Source: Neoechinorhynchus agilis
Lineage: Eukaryota; Animalia; Acanthocephala
Length of the DNA stretch: 64,000 bases
Reading direction: 5' to 3'
Assembly: GCA_051530055.1 (NCBI GenBank)
Contig: CM121343.1
Span: 5,612,389-5,676,388, forward strand
The position numbers and the translations under genes were made by a program. Positions within the stretch are counted from its first letter, which is position 1. Each line of letters begins with the position of its first letter. Positions 47,083 through 61,590 of this stretch are shown piece after piece. The notes beneath the pieces are model-generated. The model was not told the origin of the DNA, made no database searches, and was given only the letters and a program-made list of their open reading frames with translations.

Positions 47083-50000
47083 TCAATTCACATTTTGCCT
47101 TTTAAGTGGCGTGAGTAAATCCTCTTTACCCACTTCAAGTCTAATTACAGTATTTAGCTTTGAACAAATCCACCTGGCATCATCTTCGGTTTTGATTGGT
47201 CGGATGAATTGTTCACCAGCCGCAAGTATTCGATTCATCTTTCGTTCAAGAATTACTTCAAATGCATTTTCGTTACTATTAAGCATAGATCTGTAGAATA
47301 CCTTTCTCAACGAGCTAATATCAATGGGATCGGATTTAATTTTCCAATTCTGCAGTAATTTATTCCTGCTGGGCTTCAGAAGGTAGATTCTTGCATCGGT
47401 AACAAGAACACACATATTATTCGCTATGCATAAATGGGTCCAATAAAACTCATTATCGTCGACTCCATTTTCAACCTGTACAGTTCTTAAAATAGAAGCT
47501 CCTTTGCTACCATACTCTGTATATGGTTGGAGGCCAATATCAGGGTTTATTGTTCTGGGTAGACGAGTGGGAGTAATCATTTTCGCAGGACTGGTAAGAC
47601 GACTTAAGGTACTTAGAACAATACTGGCACTATCAAAGATACCACCACTCGGCTTGACAATGAGTCCAATGAATCCTTTATATAATCCTTTACCGAATCC
47701 CTTTTTACCAGGAATCTGACGCCGCTCTTCGACTGGCTTTTCGATAATATCACGAAATCCTCTGGCCCAGCCGCCTAGAAATATCCTCCCAGCGCTTTTG
47801 AGAGCGCTTGGCATATCACTAACACGCTGTTGTCGCAGTCGTCTATACCGGATAAGCTTATAACTCTTATCAAATGAAAATGAAGCAAGAGCACGACCAG
47901 CATAATCTGTAATCAACGAAGCGGAGTTTGCGGCTGAGCTCACAGTTGCAGCGGTACCATCCTTAATTTCCCTCCAAGTATGCCGCAAATTTGTTTTAGC
48001 CTTCTTCGGTGATTTTACAGATTGCACGAGTGGATCATATAAACTTCTTCCAACGACGTCGGAAAATTGCTTCAACAAACCGTAAGGGTTACCCAAAAGA
48101 TTTAGTCCAAAGACCAGTACATAAGCTTGCTTAATAGCTTCTAACATGTAGAAGTTTTGAAAGAGTCGAACAAGGGATGGAAAGTTTTGAGATCGATGTT
48201 CGATATTGAAACTTTTAAAACTGAATGGAACGTCACTGAATCCACTGATCGCTTTTCCTATATGAATGGTAAGAGCGTGACCGATAGTACCAAAAATTCT
48301 CTGCATCACAGCATCATCCTCTTCGTAATGTGGAGAAGAGGAGTCTAATGAAAAGCTCATCCGAAGAGACACCGAGTCAATCGAGAATGATTCTATTACT
48401 ATTCGAAGGTCCTGGAACCACGTAAGTTCACCTTCATCAGTGATAGCCCTTTCAAAAAATAGATCAACGTCGAGTGCGACTAATCGTGAGCTATCGGTGT
48501 CCTCTGCCGTAAAAATACGCTCATCCGCGGGTACTGCGAGTAAGCCCATTTCGGATTGACTTCTCGTCATTGACTGAAGATGTTCTTCGTGATGTTGCCA
48601 GTTTTCCAGCCAGAAAAGTGCAGTGCATAGAAATCCTTTATCGACATTTAAGCAAAATTGTTTGATGCTCACTTTACCAGATCGAATTATGTACATGTTA
48701 TCCTTCATCGAAATTATCAAATGAGTATCGATGAAAGGCGTTTGCCCTTCTGAGGACTCTATCATTGGATAGAATACTAGATCAAAGTAGCTATCTGTTA
48801 GTTGATTGTCTATCGTCCACCGAGCGCCATAAACATTCAACTCTTTGAAATTAGACTAACTAGAAATGGGGTTCATTTGGTTCAGTAATTATAAGAATTC
48901 ATGTCACTAGTTTAATAGGGTGTGCTGTCAGCGCTGTTCGACTCAATTCTAGTCATAAAACGATTATTCTTGATTTAGTTCAATATTGCGACAAATGCAC
49001 AATGCAATTTCAGAGATTTAAGAAGTAACGAAATGTACAACGATGGGTTGTATAAGGGCTGTAAATTCTGCATTTGTGTGCAGTATGTACTGTAGCTACT
49101 CAAAGACAAAAAATTATAATTGTTCTATGAGTAATAATTAGAACCTGGTGCTTTCAACGTTTTTATGATCGAGCATGCGTCTATCGTTAAGCTAGTTTCT
49201 AATTTTATTTCTAGCCTACCAAATCAATAATAAAAAAAATTAGATCTACAAAAAAGCGATGTCAGCAAAATGTTTTAAATTTTATTTGTTAAAACTCTCT
49301 CAAAGTAATCGATTTTGTCTACTCTCGAAAAGGGGTTTAAACAAGAGGTAATAGATTTTGAAAATTAAGAATAGTAAAGCTTTTCGCTTTCCCACTAATC
49401 ATATTTTTAAGCATTCGGTGGCATCTTTTAATTGGCTATGCCAAATGACGACCCTAGCGGCAATGCATACAGCCGACTGTCTATAAGATAGTTCAATTGC
49501 GGGTCTATTGGTCCTTATCAGAATACCTTCACTAGGTTCCTTTACGCTCATGTCCATAAAGTCAAACACATACTGGTTGCATCTTTCCTCGTTATTGGAA
49601 CCATCATCAATGATTGTCTGACGGTACTTATACTCCAGCCAATCAGCGCTTGCTTTTGAACTTGGTATTTTCATAACAACGCCTCCATCACTTTTAGTCT
49701 TCATGTGCCATCGGGCTTCTGAGCCTTGACATGATAGCAGACCGAATTCGTAAGTATCATTAATTAGTGATACCTTTAGTGCGTTCAGGGTAATCGATAG
49801 ATCAAAAGTTGCGAAATCAGGCTGACCAAGAATCTGGTACAAAGTCCCATTATCAGTAAAAGTGAGAACTCGTTGAACGTCGTCATACGATGACATCCAA
49901 AATATATTGGTTCTCTCATTATTTGGTTTTAGGACAGGGCATTGACCAGCATCGTCACGGTCGAATACAGCCAGGAATTTAGCTGGTTTTCCAAATAATG

Positions 50001-53000
50001 TTTGCAGTTGACTATTTTCGTCGGATACAGGTGACCAGTAAAGATTTCGGGTCAGAGCCGAATTAGGAAAAATGTAGTATATGCTCTCAAAAGGACGCAA
50101 TAAGAGGTCACTGGACTCTGTAACGATACTTTGTGAGATAGATATTGACAAATCAGAACACAGATTTCTAAGTTGGACTGGAGCGTCACCGTAGGATAGT
50201 TTCTTAAGAGTTACTTTTGTTCCAGGCGGAACTCCTACTGAAACGGTTGCCCCTTGTGAACCAAGTCCGATAGCGGTGCTCATGCAGTGCACAAGTGGAA
50301 AAGAAGTCCAGGGCATTGAACCTTGATTATCGTCATGTGTACGCAATGACATTATTGGATTAACATTAGGCCAGAACGGATGTGAACCATTCGGCCTCAC
50401 TATTACTTCAGACATTTGAGGTAACGGATCTTTTAATTGGACATTTAAACCGCTCCTGTTCACCAAAGTGTACGTAGGCAAAAACTGAATGATTCGTGTT
50501 AGTCCGGTGTTCGAAAATGTAATCTTGCAGCTGATTTCAAAGGTGCGGTTGTTCTTATCTTTCACTGGAACTGCCAGGCTTACCCCAATAGTTTCAATAT
50601 TGAATTCCTGGCTCCATCTAGCGCAGTGCATCAAGCGAATCTTAGCGCGTCCTTTTCGATTAAACGGATATCCAAAAATTCGTTGCCTTACAGATGCTGG
50701 AAGTTCTATGATCCCTCGATAATCATGAGCCTTAAACTCCAAATCGAGCCCAGTTCTGTTGTGAATCCAATATGGAGCGGAAATAACCAGTGCATTGGCT
50801 TGGGGTAGAGCACTCTCCTTCCTTTTTCCCTGACAGATATTAAGATAAATAGGATAATCTTCCTTTGTTGCACTAACAAATTTTACAGATAATGTGTAAG
50901 AATAGCCATCATAACTTAGGTTTGAGTCATATGTGACATTATCGTACTCAAACTGAGCCGATACTTGATTTAAAGTGTCATTAGAGTGATAATTCAGAGT
51001 ACGGCCTGTTTTTACCCAAAGTTCGCCAATTTTCACATCGAAAGGAAGGGCATTTGTGATGGTAAGTGCCGGAGTCACTATGATCATTCTTGGAGGAAAT
51101 CTGTATTGAGCAACGCTTGCACTAACTGTTTCATGTTCCAATGTATCAATTTTAAAATAGAATCCCATGTTGGTAACCGATGATGATAGAAATTTCGATT
51201 CGATCATCGAGGGTACAAGCGATGTAACGCCAGTTGTGGCTGTGATTCCACGTGGCCAGAATCTCATCACATCTATATGAGATTGTTTCCCAGGTGATCG
51301 AAAAATGTAACTTTTCCCATCAACTGGATTTAATTCGAAAAACGAGTTGCAAACCTTCACGGGTTCGAATCGGGGATCGTCAGGTGCCAACAGCATTTCA
51401 CAGTGATACACTACCTGAACAGGAACTTCAAAAACTTCATCCGGTTCCAAGGAAGCCAACGTAAACACGTTCGGAAAACAACTCTCGGGAAAATCGAATG
51501 GTAGATAATCAGGAAAATCGTCTCTACGGTGACAATATAATTTTAGTCGAACTCTAGTAACGTTTTTGATTCGTGTAGGTGGACAGAGCGATATAGATTC
51601 CGCTGAATGTTCACGCGATATCGTAATGAATATCAAATACGAGCAATGATAAGTTTGATTGACTACTGGCTTTATCAGAGTCCCACTACGTTTGAACGAT
51701 AAATCATGTATATCCGACAGATTGGTGAATTGAATGTTGAAACGATATTTTCTCAAATCATCGGATATGTCGTCTTCGGTAATGCCTGAACGCATACTAA
51801 CCATAGGAAAACTCACTAGAGGTGACAACAGAGCTGTTGTCATGCTTTGTATAGTACTTTGCTGCGGTTTCTCATGTTGCTCTGTACAACGGTAAACTCG
51901 AAAAAATAACATCTCAAGTAGGAGACAACCATTGTATATCGCACTATACATTTTTTATCTCCTTTAATATTACATAAATTTAACAAACTAAATGAATTAG
52001 GTCAGCCTTATCGAAATGTTAACAAGAATTTACAAAATATTTAAAAATATCTTAAAGAGAATAATCTTGCCCTCTTAAGGTGCTCCAAAAAGATTGATTA
52101 AAAAAGAGTGCTTATATGTTGATTCAAAATCGAAAAAAACATAGGTAAGACCTTTTATGTAATTTCAGTTATTTTCTAATACTATGCGAACAAAGTTTGA
52201 ATTTTAACAAATTCATAATTACTGTAGAGTTATTCCGAAGCCGTAACCGGTTGGCTTCTAATCGATAAACAATCTAGTTTACTTGGTATGGCTTATTAAG
52301 AAGTTTAAACCAATAAATCAGTATTCAGGACTTTAAATGATTGCAAAAAAACCACTTCTACATTTTCGAGTTTACCGGATTTTACGTTTGGTTTCGTCAA
52401 AGTAAGTTATAGTACAGCTATGGATTACATCGGGATTAAGTACAACATTTTTTGAAAGTTGGATATTAACTTGAAGTCCAGTATGATTCCAAACCTCAAG
52501 AAATGGTTTAAGTTCCTTCCTACCTTGTTCAGCTTTATCCGAAGTGTTCGTAATTACGCGTATGAGTCTGTAAAGGAGTCTCATGGCAACCGGAGTAAGA
52601 TTAAAACTCAGCGTATCATCCGAACATAGCTTAATAAACGAAGATGTTGTAATTCCTGGAGGTAAAGCCTTTGGTCTACTTAAATTCTCGCTTTTATCTC
52701 CAGAACCAAGCGTGATAGAGTTTATGTAAGGCTGAAACAAGCGACGATAAGTGTCATGAACGATTTTGAACTTAGCCATCAAAGAAAGCGCCTCTGCTGA
52801 CGTAAACCAGAACTCAAACTTCCAAGGCCGGTATCTGTCTTCAACGATCATAAGTGGTTCGATAAAAGGTTCCCACACAGCTAAGGCATCATTATAGTAG
52901 GAACATTCAAGTTCAAATTGCGCAATAACTGTAAGTCTTCGTGACCAATCATGAGCGTCAGCTCGGATGGATATCAAAGCAATCATGAGAGGTACGAGTT

Positions 53001-56000
53001 CGTGTTGTGTCTCTTCGCTGTAAATCAAAAATATGTCCTTCAGTCGTATTCTCACTCGCTCCACCGGGAATCGTTTACTAGCACTGCAAGTGTCATTTGC
53101 GATTTGTTGGAATTCGCGGCAAATTTCGACCAAATTAGGATATTTCTCTTTCTCTTTTTCGTTTCTGTGGGCCTCCAAAAGCTTCTCATACTGTTGCCTG
53201 TCTAGGGTTCGAATAGAGAACGGATCCTTAATTTCAAATCGATCCTCATATTCGACAAGTTGATCCTTCTTCGCAATACCAGTATCACTTATCGTAGACA
53301 AAACATCGATCACTGTATTGTATACGCTTGGTGTAAGATTGATCTGAACTTGCGAGAAAGTCCAATCGATGTAAAAATCACTGCGTGTATCTTCATCCTG
53401 TTCAAATTTCAGTGTAGAATTGCATGGGTTCAATATAGTCAATGTTGTCTCCGAATGGTCTATAAGCGATAAACTTAACTTTTCAATAGAAAGTGTGCAC
53501 GATGAGCTAAACACAGGAGTTTGTATTTGGTTGTAATTGAGCACGCATTTTGATTTTAGCAATATTATTTTACTCGTTGATTTATGGTCGAAATTTCCAC
53601 TAAGGATTGAAAAATCATTCGAACAAACTATTCTTAATTTAAGTATAATTTAGGTTACTTAAACCCTTTCTAAGCCACCCCTTTTGATCAGGGAATCGTT
53701 GTTGGTATAGACTCTCAAACATGTGAAATCAAAGAACTATTAGTATAAAAGCTAAAATAGAAATACTGGCCTATATCGAGTAAAAAAGTTGAAATGTGTT
53801 GTTTAAATTTTTGACTAAGAATATACTGTTTTGATAGTGGAAATAACGCTTTAGTCGGTTGAGCAAATATGGCAACATCAGGAAGTTCCAGGTTTCCATT
53901 TATGCATATTGATTTAATACCCGTGGCACCTTCACTCACCCTTTCGCCATAAGTCAGAGCGTCAAAATCTTCTTTAGACTTAAGTGCAAATTTGTGGTGC
54001 GTCCTGATCACATTTTGGTCCACTAATTTTATAACTTTACCGCCTTCGGATACAGTATCGAACAGGATTCCAGCTTCCGCGTAAAAGAATGCATTCATAA
54101 TGAATCTTTCAAGATACAGTAAAAAAGGGAGACAAAGATTGATTTTTAGCTTTTCGAGTTTAAAGGTAACGATCAAATCCTTATCCGCAGTAAGTCGGAT
54201 TACAGCCGAGAAAAACCAATCATCTTCATTCGACGTGGATTTATCTACCGGTTCAATGACACTTTGAACAGCTAAATTGCTGTCAGCTCTAACATCCTTT
54301 GCAGAGAGAGGTCCAATGATAACATGAGCATCCAGGGTATCGTCAACATGAGTTCTTAGCAAGACTGTTGAGGATGAGAGTGTAACGAGACAAACATCGC
54401 CGATTGATGCCTCTGTCTGTGCAATGGTTTCGATTATTTTGACTGAAGCGCCCAATAAATGAAGAGAAAATTCAATTTCTGTCGATGCTTTTTTAACTAC
54501 TTCGCTAGCAGACGTGGACTTAGCTGTATCTTCACTTGCTAAATCAATTGATTCCATTTCCACTGACGCCATCATATCATTTAATTCTTTTTCTGGATTA
54601 CGAGAACTTTCAGAAAATATGTTATCATCTAGCACTGCGAAAATCAGTTGTGCGCTAGGTAGCGACATTTCAATTCGTATAAGATCTAGTCTCGAAAAGA
54701 TTTTGATTGGTATGTAGCGTCCATTTGGCGGATAGCATTTTGACAACTGTATAAGAGATATGTTCACCGTAAATCCTATTGGAAGAAGAATGCATTCCCT
54801 CATCTCTATAGTATCATCGGAGGCCATGTAAACCCGAGATCCTTGCACTGACTGAAGCGATAGATTAAAGCACAAATACTGAGCTTTTCCACCATCAGCG
54901 CATGATTCCACCACAGTCTCGTTTGTGACTTCTAGTGTTCCCATTTGAATCATAAATGCATGCCGACTAAGATTATTTCTTGGTACAATTATAGAGGGAG
55001 CGTTCACGTGTATATTCAGCTTCAAGTCCTGCTTAATACCGGCGTTAATAATGGCATTTGCATCATCTAGTTGGCGATAGACGGTTTCTTTTGCTTGACT
55101 AAGAACGCTCTTCGTCAGGTCTGCATTTACTGAACTTAAAAGGCTTACAAAGTTGAGCACTTCGACAAAAAACCCGTAAAGAAACACTATTCGAATACGA
55201 CCAACATTGGCATTCAGTGTTAAGGATTTATCGGCATATTGGATTGTAGCGTCGAAAAGATTGTCGTCCAATAGATTAACAATATCGGAATAAGTATCGT
55301 TTGACGGCCGTCGAACCGCCATGTCTTTTAGTGCTGCTTTTGCGTACAAACTGGCATCATCATGAAGTCCAACTTCTATCCACAATCCTTGTATCAAAAG
55401 AGCTGCAATGTCGACATCTTTGCATACAATTCTACATGTGAACATACCAAATTCCAATTCTACGCGAGCCAGCGATAGACTGCTGAATTTACGGGAAGGA
55501 AAACGTGACAATATTAGAGATTTTGGTGGTTCCGGAAGGCGTGTGTGAGTTTTGCCTCGGGAAAGTGATGATTTTGCAACTGTCTGTTTTGCCATTCTTT
55601 TCATTATCGTTGTCGAGAACCTGATTAGTTTAACCATAAATTCTTGGCGACAGACGAAACATAGATTCCTGAACTTTATCTTTCCATAGTGGGGAAGTGA
55701 TTGATAAACATTTGTATACGATGGACATGCTGCTGAGATGTAACGATATCTAAGTGTTACAAGGTCGTCGTTCAATGTTTCCAATATATCGACGTGCTGC
55801 TGTATGAACAGTGATTTGAAGGAGAAAAAGTCAAGGACTCACGCCAGAGGGCATCTATCAGTCGAAATAAAAAGTCGATTGCACTTAAAGAAAAAAATCA
55901 AATTTTATAAGCAAAGAGGTTATCGTTTGTGCTTCAATTCAAAAGAAAAATGTACTCACTATGTATATCGCCAGAAACTAAAATTTTGAATCACCTTGCA

Positions 56001-59000
56001 ACTTCATGTGGCAAACACATTCCATAAATTAAAGGCAAAGATTTTCATTCGTTTTCTAGATTTCATTTTTCTATTCATTTGCTAAGTGCTTCGAGAAAAA
56101 ACATTAAGTAAAAATCAATCATAAAATCCCCATCCAATATTTACAAGGAATAAAGTCAGAAATAGCATAATATTTGTCATCATTTCAAAAATTAACACAC
56201 CAGTGAATTTAGGGTGCAAGTTTTGTATCACATTTTTCCAAAAATGCAAATCATAATTTTGCGTTGAAATTTTTTAATTCAAATATAAATGGACGTAGGT
56301 GATTAGAAAAAAGAATTCATGAATAATGTAAACAAAAGAGCTTAAACATCTATAAAGAAATCGAAACGCCAATTTGTTACGAACCACTGCTACTGTACAT
56401 CGAAAACTCGCAAAGCACCAACACTGATGGATCCAGCTACACCGAAGACAGTCATGGCCAAATCGCAATTGAGACCTTCCATTCCTAAGCGTAAATAAGG
56501 TACATTTTTAGATTCTCTTACATGTATGGTTGCTTTTCTCATCACAAATCGCAGCATATATTTGGTATAATTTTCTCTTAATTCCGTATAATGACTTTCC
56601 TCGCCTAAGAAACAATTTGACCAAACATCATCCGTTTCAGCAGGTAATGGAGTTGAAATCTCTACCTTTTGTTTCAGACTCAACTTTTTCTCGTTTTCTT
56701 TAGCTTTTAAAGAATTTGTTAAGGTATCGTAGGATGGATCGTAGAAGACATCGTGCTCATATTGTATGGATTCGCGTACACTCGGTGTTGATATTGAAGG
56801 TAAAGGAAGGTCAATTATAAATTTATGAAGTGCGATCATCGTTTCATCTGAGACAATGAAATCAATGTCGTTGATGTTACTTTTAATAATAAGTTGCGGG
56901 AGGCTATAACAATTAGGTCTGATCGAAAGTAATAGAACAGCGTCCAGGTTTGCAGGCTCCAAGATTCTCCATTCATCTGACTTATCGCACAATTTGTTAT
57001 CATTTTCAATCCTGTCGAAGATGTGCTCGGAGTTCGTGTCACACATCAGAATTTGGGCATTGGTCAAATGAAGATTAAAACGATCATACATATTCTTCGA
57101 TAGCTGAGAATGATCATTTATATTGGATGGTGTCAAATCAGAAGTAAGTTCAACTTTTCCAAGATAGGTTACGATTCCCGGACCTCCTCTTGTGCCACCC
57201 TGAGGAATGACTATAATGGGCGAGTATATAAGAGCATTAACCATAAATCTTTTATGATTCTCGATTGCATAAATTAAACCCGCAGTGCTGTAGTTTGACA
57301 ATCTAGCCAAATTTTGGCTTGCTGCATTGGTGATCATTTCCAAAATCGCTGACGATTTAAGTGCAGCCAATACATTGTTGATAGCTGCGTACTCATAAAC
57401 GAATTCTACTGTCAAAAGACCAAATGATACGTCATAATCAGCAATCGAATCGGAGTTTATAGAATGTTTTTTAAATTTAAGATGCATGAATTTGTTCAGG
57501 TTTGCTTTATCATCAACACTATATATAGACCTAAGTATTGAAACATGATTACCGGATCCATCATCCATCGCAACAGCCATGGAATCGAATTCGATTTGGA
57601 ATATGCCGCTCTTTATCATTGGTTGAATTGCAAAGTTGGACGAAATGCTGTTTAGCTCAGCATGTATTAACAACTTAGTATCGCTATTTCTGAGCTCAAA
57701 ACTGATAGATTGAAGTGACAATTGCGCTGACAGTTCAGTAAGAGCTCGATCATCAGAGCCAACTTGTTCATTAAAACCAATCATCCTGTACAGCTCCTCC
57801 TTTTCTTCATTTGTAAGGTTATATACAACGTCCTTTGAGACCTTCTTGCATTCTATTTTAGCATGTTGCCTAGCTATCATTATTGTCGGAAGATTCAAAG
57901 TTATCTCAAGTGTATCCATTTCATTTGCGATTCCATCTTGTATTTCATGTGACTTAATAGCTTGCTGGTATAGTTTTTTGTATTGCCTATATTGATGGCG
58001 ATACAGTTTTATCCTTTCCCAATTGTATGATCTGATGCGTTCTTCAACAATCGATGTGTAAGCATACTTCCACCATTCACGAGGAGAATCCTGCACTGAT
58101 ATCTTTGGTCGATATTTAACATAATGACTATTTCGTAGAACGATTCTATAATGATCAACGAGAGCCTTCATCGAAATAAATTGATCAACACTAAGACTGA
58201 AATCGATTACATCCAATGTAGCGTCTAAAGTAATATGCGGCTTCATAAGTGATTCCTGTTGTCGAAATCTATTCAATCTTAGAGTTGCAGTAACTGATAG
58301 TGGACGTCGTAGCAAGTTTTCAAACTGGATGCCACACATTGATGAAGATGCAATTGCATTTCGAAGAGACTCAATCACGTCCGCACTACTCACTTGCTTG
58401 CATGAAAGTAAGCAATCAGAAGAAGCCCCACTACTACTACGGATTGCATTAAAGTACACGTTGAAGTCGTTAACTTTACCGACTTTAAAAACAAACTCCG
58501 CCTCGGAATCGAGCTGAATTTGCTTTCCGTCTGCATCCGTTGTTGTTACTAATACTTGTTCCAATGTAACTCCTGCGAATAAAAACACGGAATTGAGGCT
58601 TAGAGAATCCTCGTATCTAATATGAACGTTTTTTACGTGGATTTGAATATTATTGAGTACAGTATCGACGAGTGTTTTAAAGAATCCTCGGTCGACTTGC
58701 CTTTCGTCGTCAACCGTGATTCCTCTATTCAAAGCTTTTACTTGTTTCCGTTTGGCGGCTATCGATACTTGAGTCATCTTTTCAGGATCATGCATACTCT
58801 TGGTACTCATTGGAGACGCTAAAACATATACATCCTCAATGGATATAACCACAGGCTCAGCATAGATACTTCTCCATGGAACTCTCACGTGCAGACGACC
58901 TACTCGGCTACATCGCACTTCGATTGGTACATCGAATTGGAAAAATGCATCGTGACGGAGAGAAAGATTTTTTAGTTCAACAGAACCTGAGATGAGACCG

Positions 59001-59083
59001 ATCTGGAGGTTCTTATAGTCAATCTCGTCAATATAGCCAGAGAAAAAGCGATTAAGTATGGAGGCAATGAGCCCTTCAAACAT
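47083..59083 (-). CDS. VPS13: VPS13A/C-type lipid transfer protein in five long exons (ORFs 56390-59083, 53715-55784, 52372-53562, 49399-51951, 47083-48840; about 3400 codons before trimming)
   Basis: Chorein N-terminus MFEGLIASILNRFFSGYIDEIDY..SGSVELKNL..VPW, WWKYA, SYYNDALAVWEPFIEP, APYWIHNRTGL and C-terminal LGNPYGL..GFGKGLYKGFIGLIVKPSGG. Confidence 0.93.
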
Positions 59084-60058
59084 TTAACTGAGTGGTTAGT
59101 CTCAAATTGAGCGATGTATGTGTATAGTTTCGATAATCTGAAGTCAGAATTCAGATGAGTTTAGACAGCGTATCACAGGTATCCACCAAATTTGATACAA
59201 ATGCCACAGAAATTCCGATCTTTTCCTGTAGATGCTAAGTGGCCATACACCCGAATCCAACTCATCTCGATTATGGCTTTATCGCAAGTCAATTAACCAT
59301 AAAAGGATAAAGAGGATATATGACTTAAAAGACTGCAGATAAAGTGTTAATTTTTCCAAGAAGTGTACGTTGCGCCCTCGGGGACTATTTCAAGTTCCAC
59401 CTCTAAAAAAGGGTGGAATCATCCGAGAGCAATTTAGGGCGACGTAAAAATGCGATTTAATTTCAGCGAAAAGGGAGGTTTTTGTTACAACTATCGTTTG
59501 ACTCACTTTTCAAATGGTGGAGCTTTCACATTTCATCCCACACGTACACATACTACACATATACGCTTCTCTTAGAAGTTTATAACATTAAATTCTCAAA
59601 TTACTACATTTGCAAATAGCACCAGATGAATTTTAGTTTCACGAATTAGTATTCAAATGAAAATTATGTTGATTTGCTAAGATTCAGATAGGTTAAAATG
59701 TAGAAGAAAAATGTGGACTACAATCGTAAATGTGTCCAAAAGTGCTCTTAACACCTAGTCAAAAAGGGAGAAGGTAACCATAGATATCCACATTGCGAAT
59801 TCTCTTATGTTTCGATTACGATAGAAGAAAAATTCGACGGATAAAATTAGATTTTGGAACTGAGAAATTTCCTCACAGCGATCATGCGTTTGCTATCGAC
59901 GTAGCGACGGAAATCGAGCAAACATCTTAGCAACCCAGTGTGTTCAGTAGCTCATTATGCACGGAATACAACGATGCTAACTGTATTGCGATGAGTAGAA
60001 ATTGCTCCTTTCAACGTGAAAAACAGAGAAGCCAAAATAAAAGGAATTGTACAATTTT

Positions 60059-60275
60059 GGAATTATTATGGTTAGAAGTCTACACCCGCGCTAAATGATT
60101 ATTTCGATTAAAAAGACGTTTCGAATCTCGTAAGGGGTTCATCATCCACTTGTATATAGAACTGATGATGAGTCCGGCGATGTTCGAAACGTCTTTTTAA
60201 TCGAAATAACCATTTACCACGGGTGTAGACTTCTGATCATAATAATTCCGATCACATTCCCCGGTACCTCCTCGC
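60059..60275. mobile_element. Head-to-head inverted pLTR-like fold-back (arms 60059-60146 and 60164-60249)
   Basis: Arms of about 87 bp are imperfectly complementary around a 17-nt spacer. The right flank is shared with 20385-20430. Confidence 0.85.
60158..60197 (+). ncRNA. Minimal type-I hammerhead ribozyme (Penelope pLTR type)
   Basis: AGAA-CUGAUGA-U-GAGU..GUUC-GAAACGUC-UUUU: intact core and GUC triplet, with weaker stems (G-U pairs) than the 11.2 and 13.5 kb copies. Confidence 0.6.
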
Positions 60276-61229
60276 ACAAATTTCTAAATTCAAAGTTCGT
60301 ACACTGAGAAGGTCACTTCTGCTCGCGTCAGTGTCAAAGAGCTATCTTAAGAGATAAACCAAACGCCTTTTAACAATGGATTTCTATTGCTGAAAGGCGA
60401 TTGCTGCAGTTTGGCTTAAGTTTAATTTTATCGACATCGTTTTCTAAATGCAAAGCTTTTGTAAAATCATTGCAAAAACTATCTAAAACCTTTAATTGCT
60501 CATTAACTAATGGTTGATACTCAAATTGCTGCTTACCCCAATCCCATTGAGTGCATTGATTTTGAGAGATTTAGTAAATTCAAAAATTCAATGAAGAACA
60601 AGCTAACGGAATGTCAACCGAAGTGTCGTGATGACAGTGAGCAGTCGTAGCACAACTGTGCAATAACATTGAGTTGGTGTGGGTGGGTGTGTAACCAATG
60701 AGTTGTGTAACGAAGAAAGATAATTAATGATACACATTCGGACCGTCTGGGAATTTTGAATGCAAGAAAGCTTTTAATAGTGCATTCCTACACGACTAAC
60801 AAAATCAAGGAAGTACGCGCTACCGTGCACAAAGCGACACTAGAATGCTCAATACACATAGATTCATATAATTTGAACAAAACTTGCGAAAAATAGACAA
60901 AGCAAAATGCTATGACTGTGCCTACTCAAATTTAAAGGAGTTTTTACACAGAAAAAAAAGAAGTCAGAAAAAACTGCTACCATTTATACGCTATTTTGCT
61001 AAATAAAAAGAAATAATTTATATTTCTCAAGTTGTTGCATGTTTTGCACAAGGGAAATCGAGAACAATTTAGCATTTATGTTTCAATCCATGCAAAAAAA
61101 CCTTCGTTCAAATGGACGTGTGATTCGTGAGTGCTGCAAATCAATGCGGCTAATGCAAAGAATGTAATGGGCGCGTTAAAATAATTGTAAATTTTTTAAT
61201 GATTGGAAATGTAATTGAAATGGAACTGT

Positions 61230-61590
61230 ACCTGTTTATTCTGGGACGCCACGTGTGTGGATACCCTCGCAGCCAGCAACATCCGCTACTCTCTCGAAGT
61301 CGCTGGAGGTGCCGCCAGTGCAGCGGAAGGGAGGAAGGTACGAAAATATCTTCACTTATCGAGGGCTCACTATTTTGTCCCCTTTGGGGTAGAGACGTAT
61401 GGAGCGCTCGGCACTCTCTCTGCTCCAGGATCTCTCGAAGAAATTGAGAGAGGCAACCGGAGACTCAAGAGCAGGCGTATTCCTTCGACAAAATATCTCG
61501 CTAACAGTACAACGGGGCAATGCTGCCAGCGTGATGGCGACGGTCGAGGAAGGACAAAAGCTGGAATTCGGCGGGAGGTGGTGAGTGTGT
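61230..61590 (+). mobile_element. CRE-like retrotransposon 3' fragment (restriction-like endonuclease C-terminus)
   Basis: LFWDATCVDTLAAS..AAEGRKVRKY..FVPFGVETYGALG, then in a shifted frame ATGDSRAGVFLRQNISLTVQRGNAASVMAT. Confidence 0.8.
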
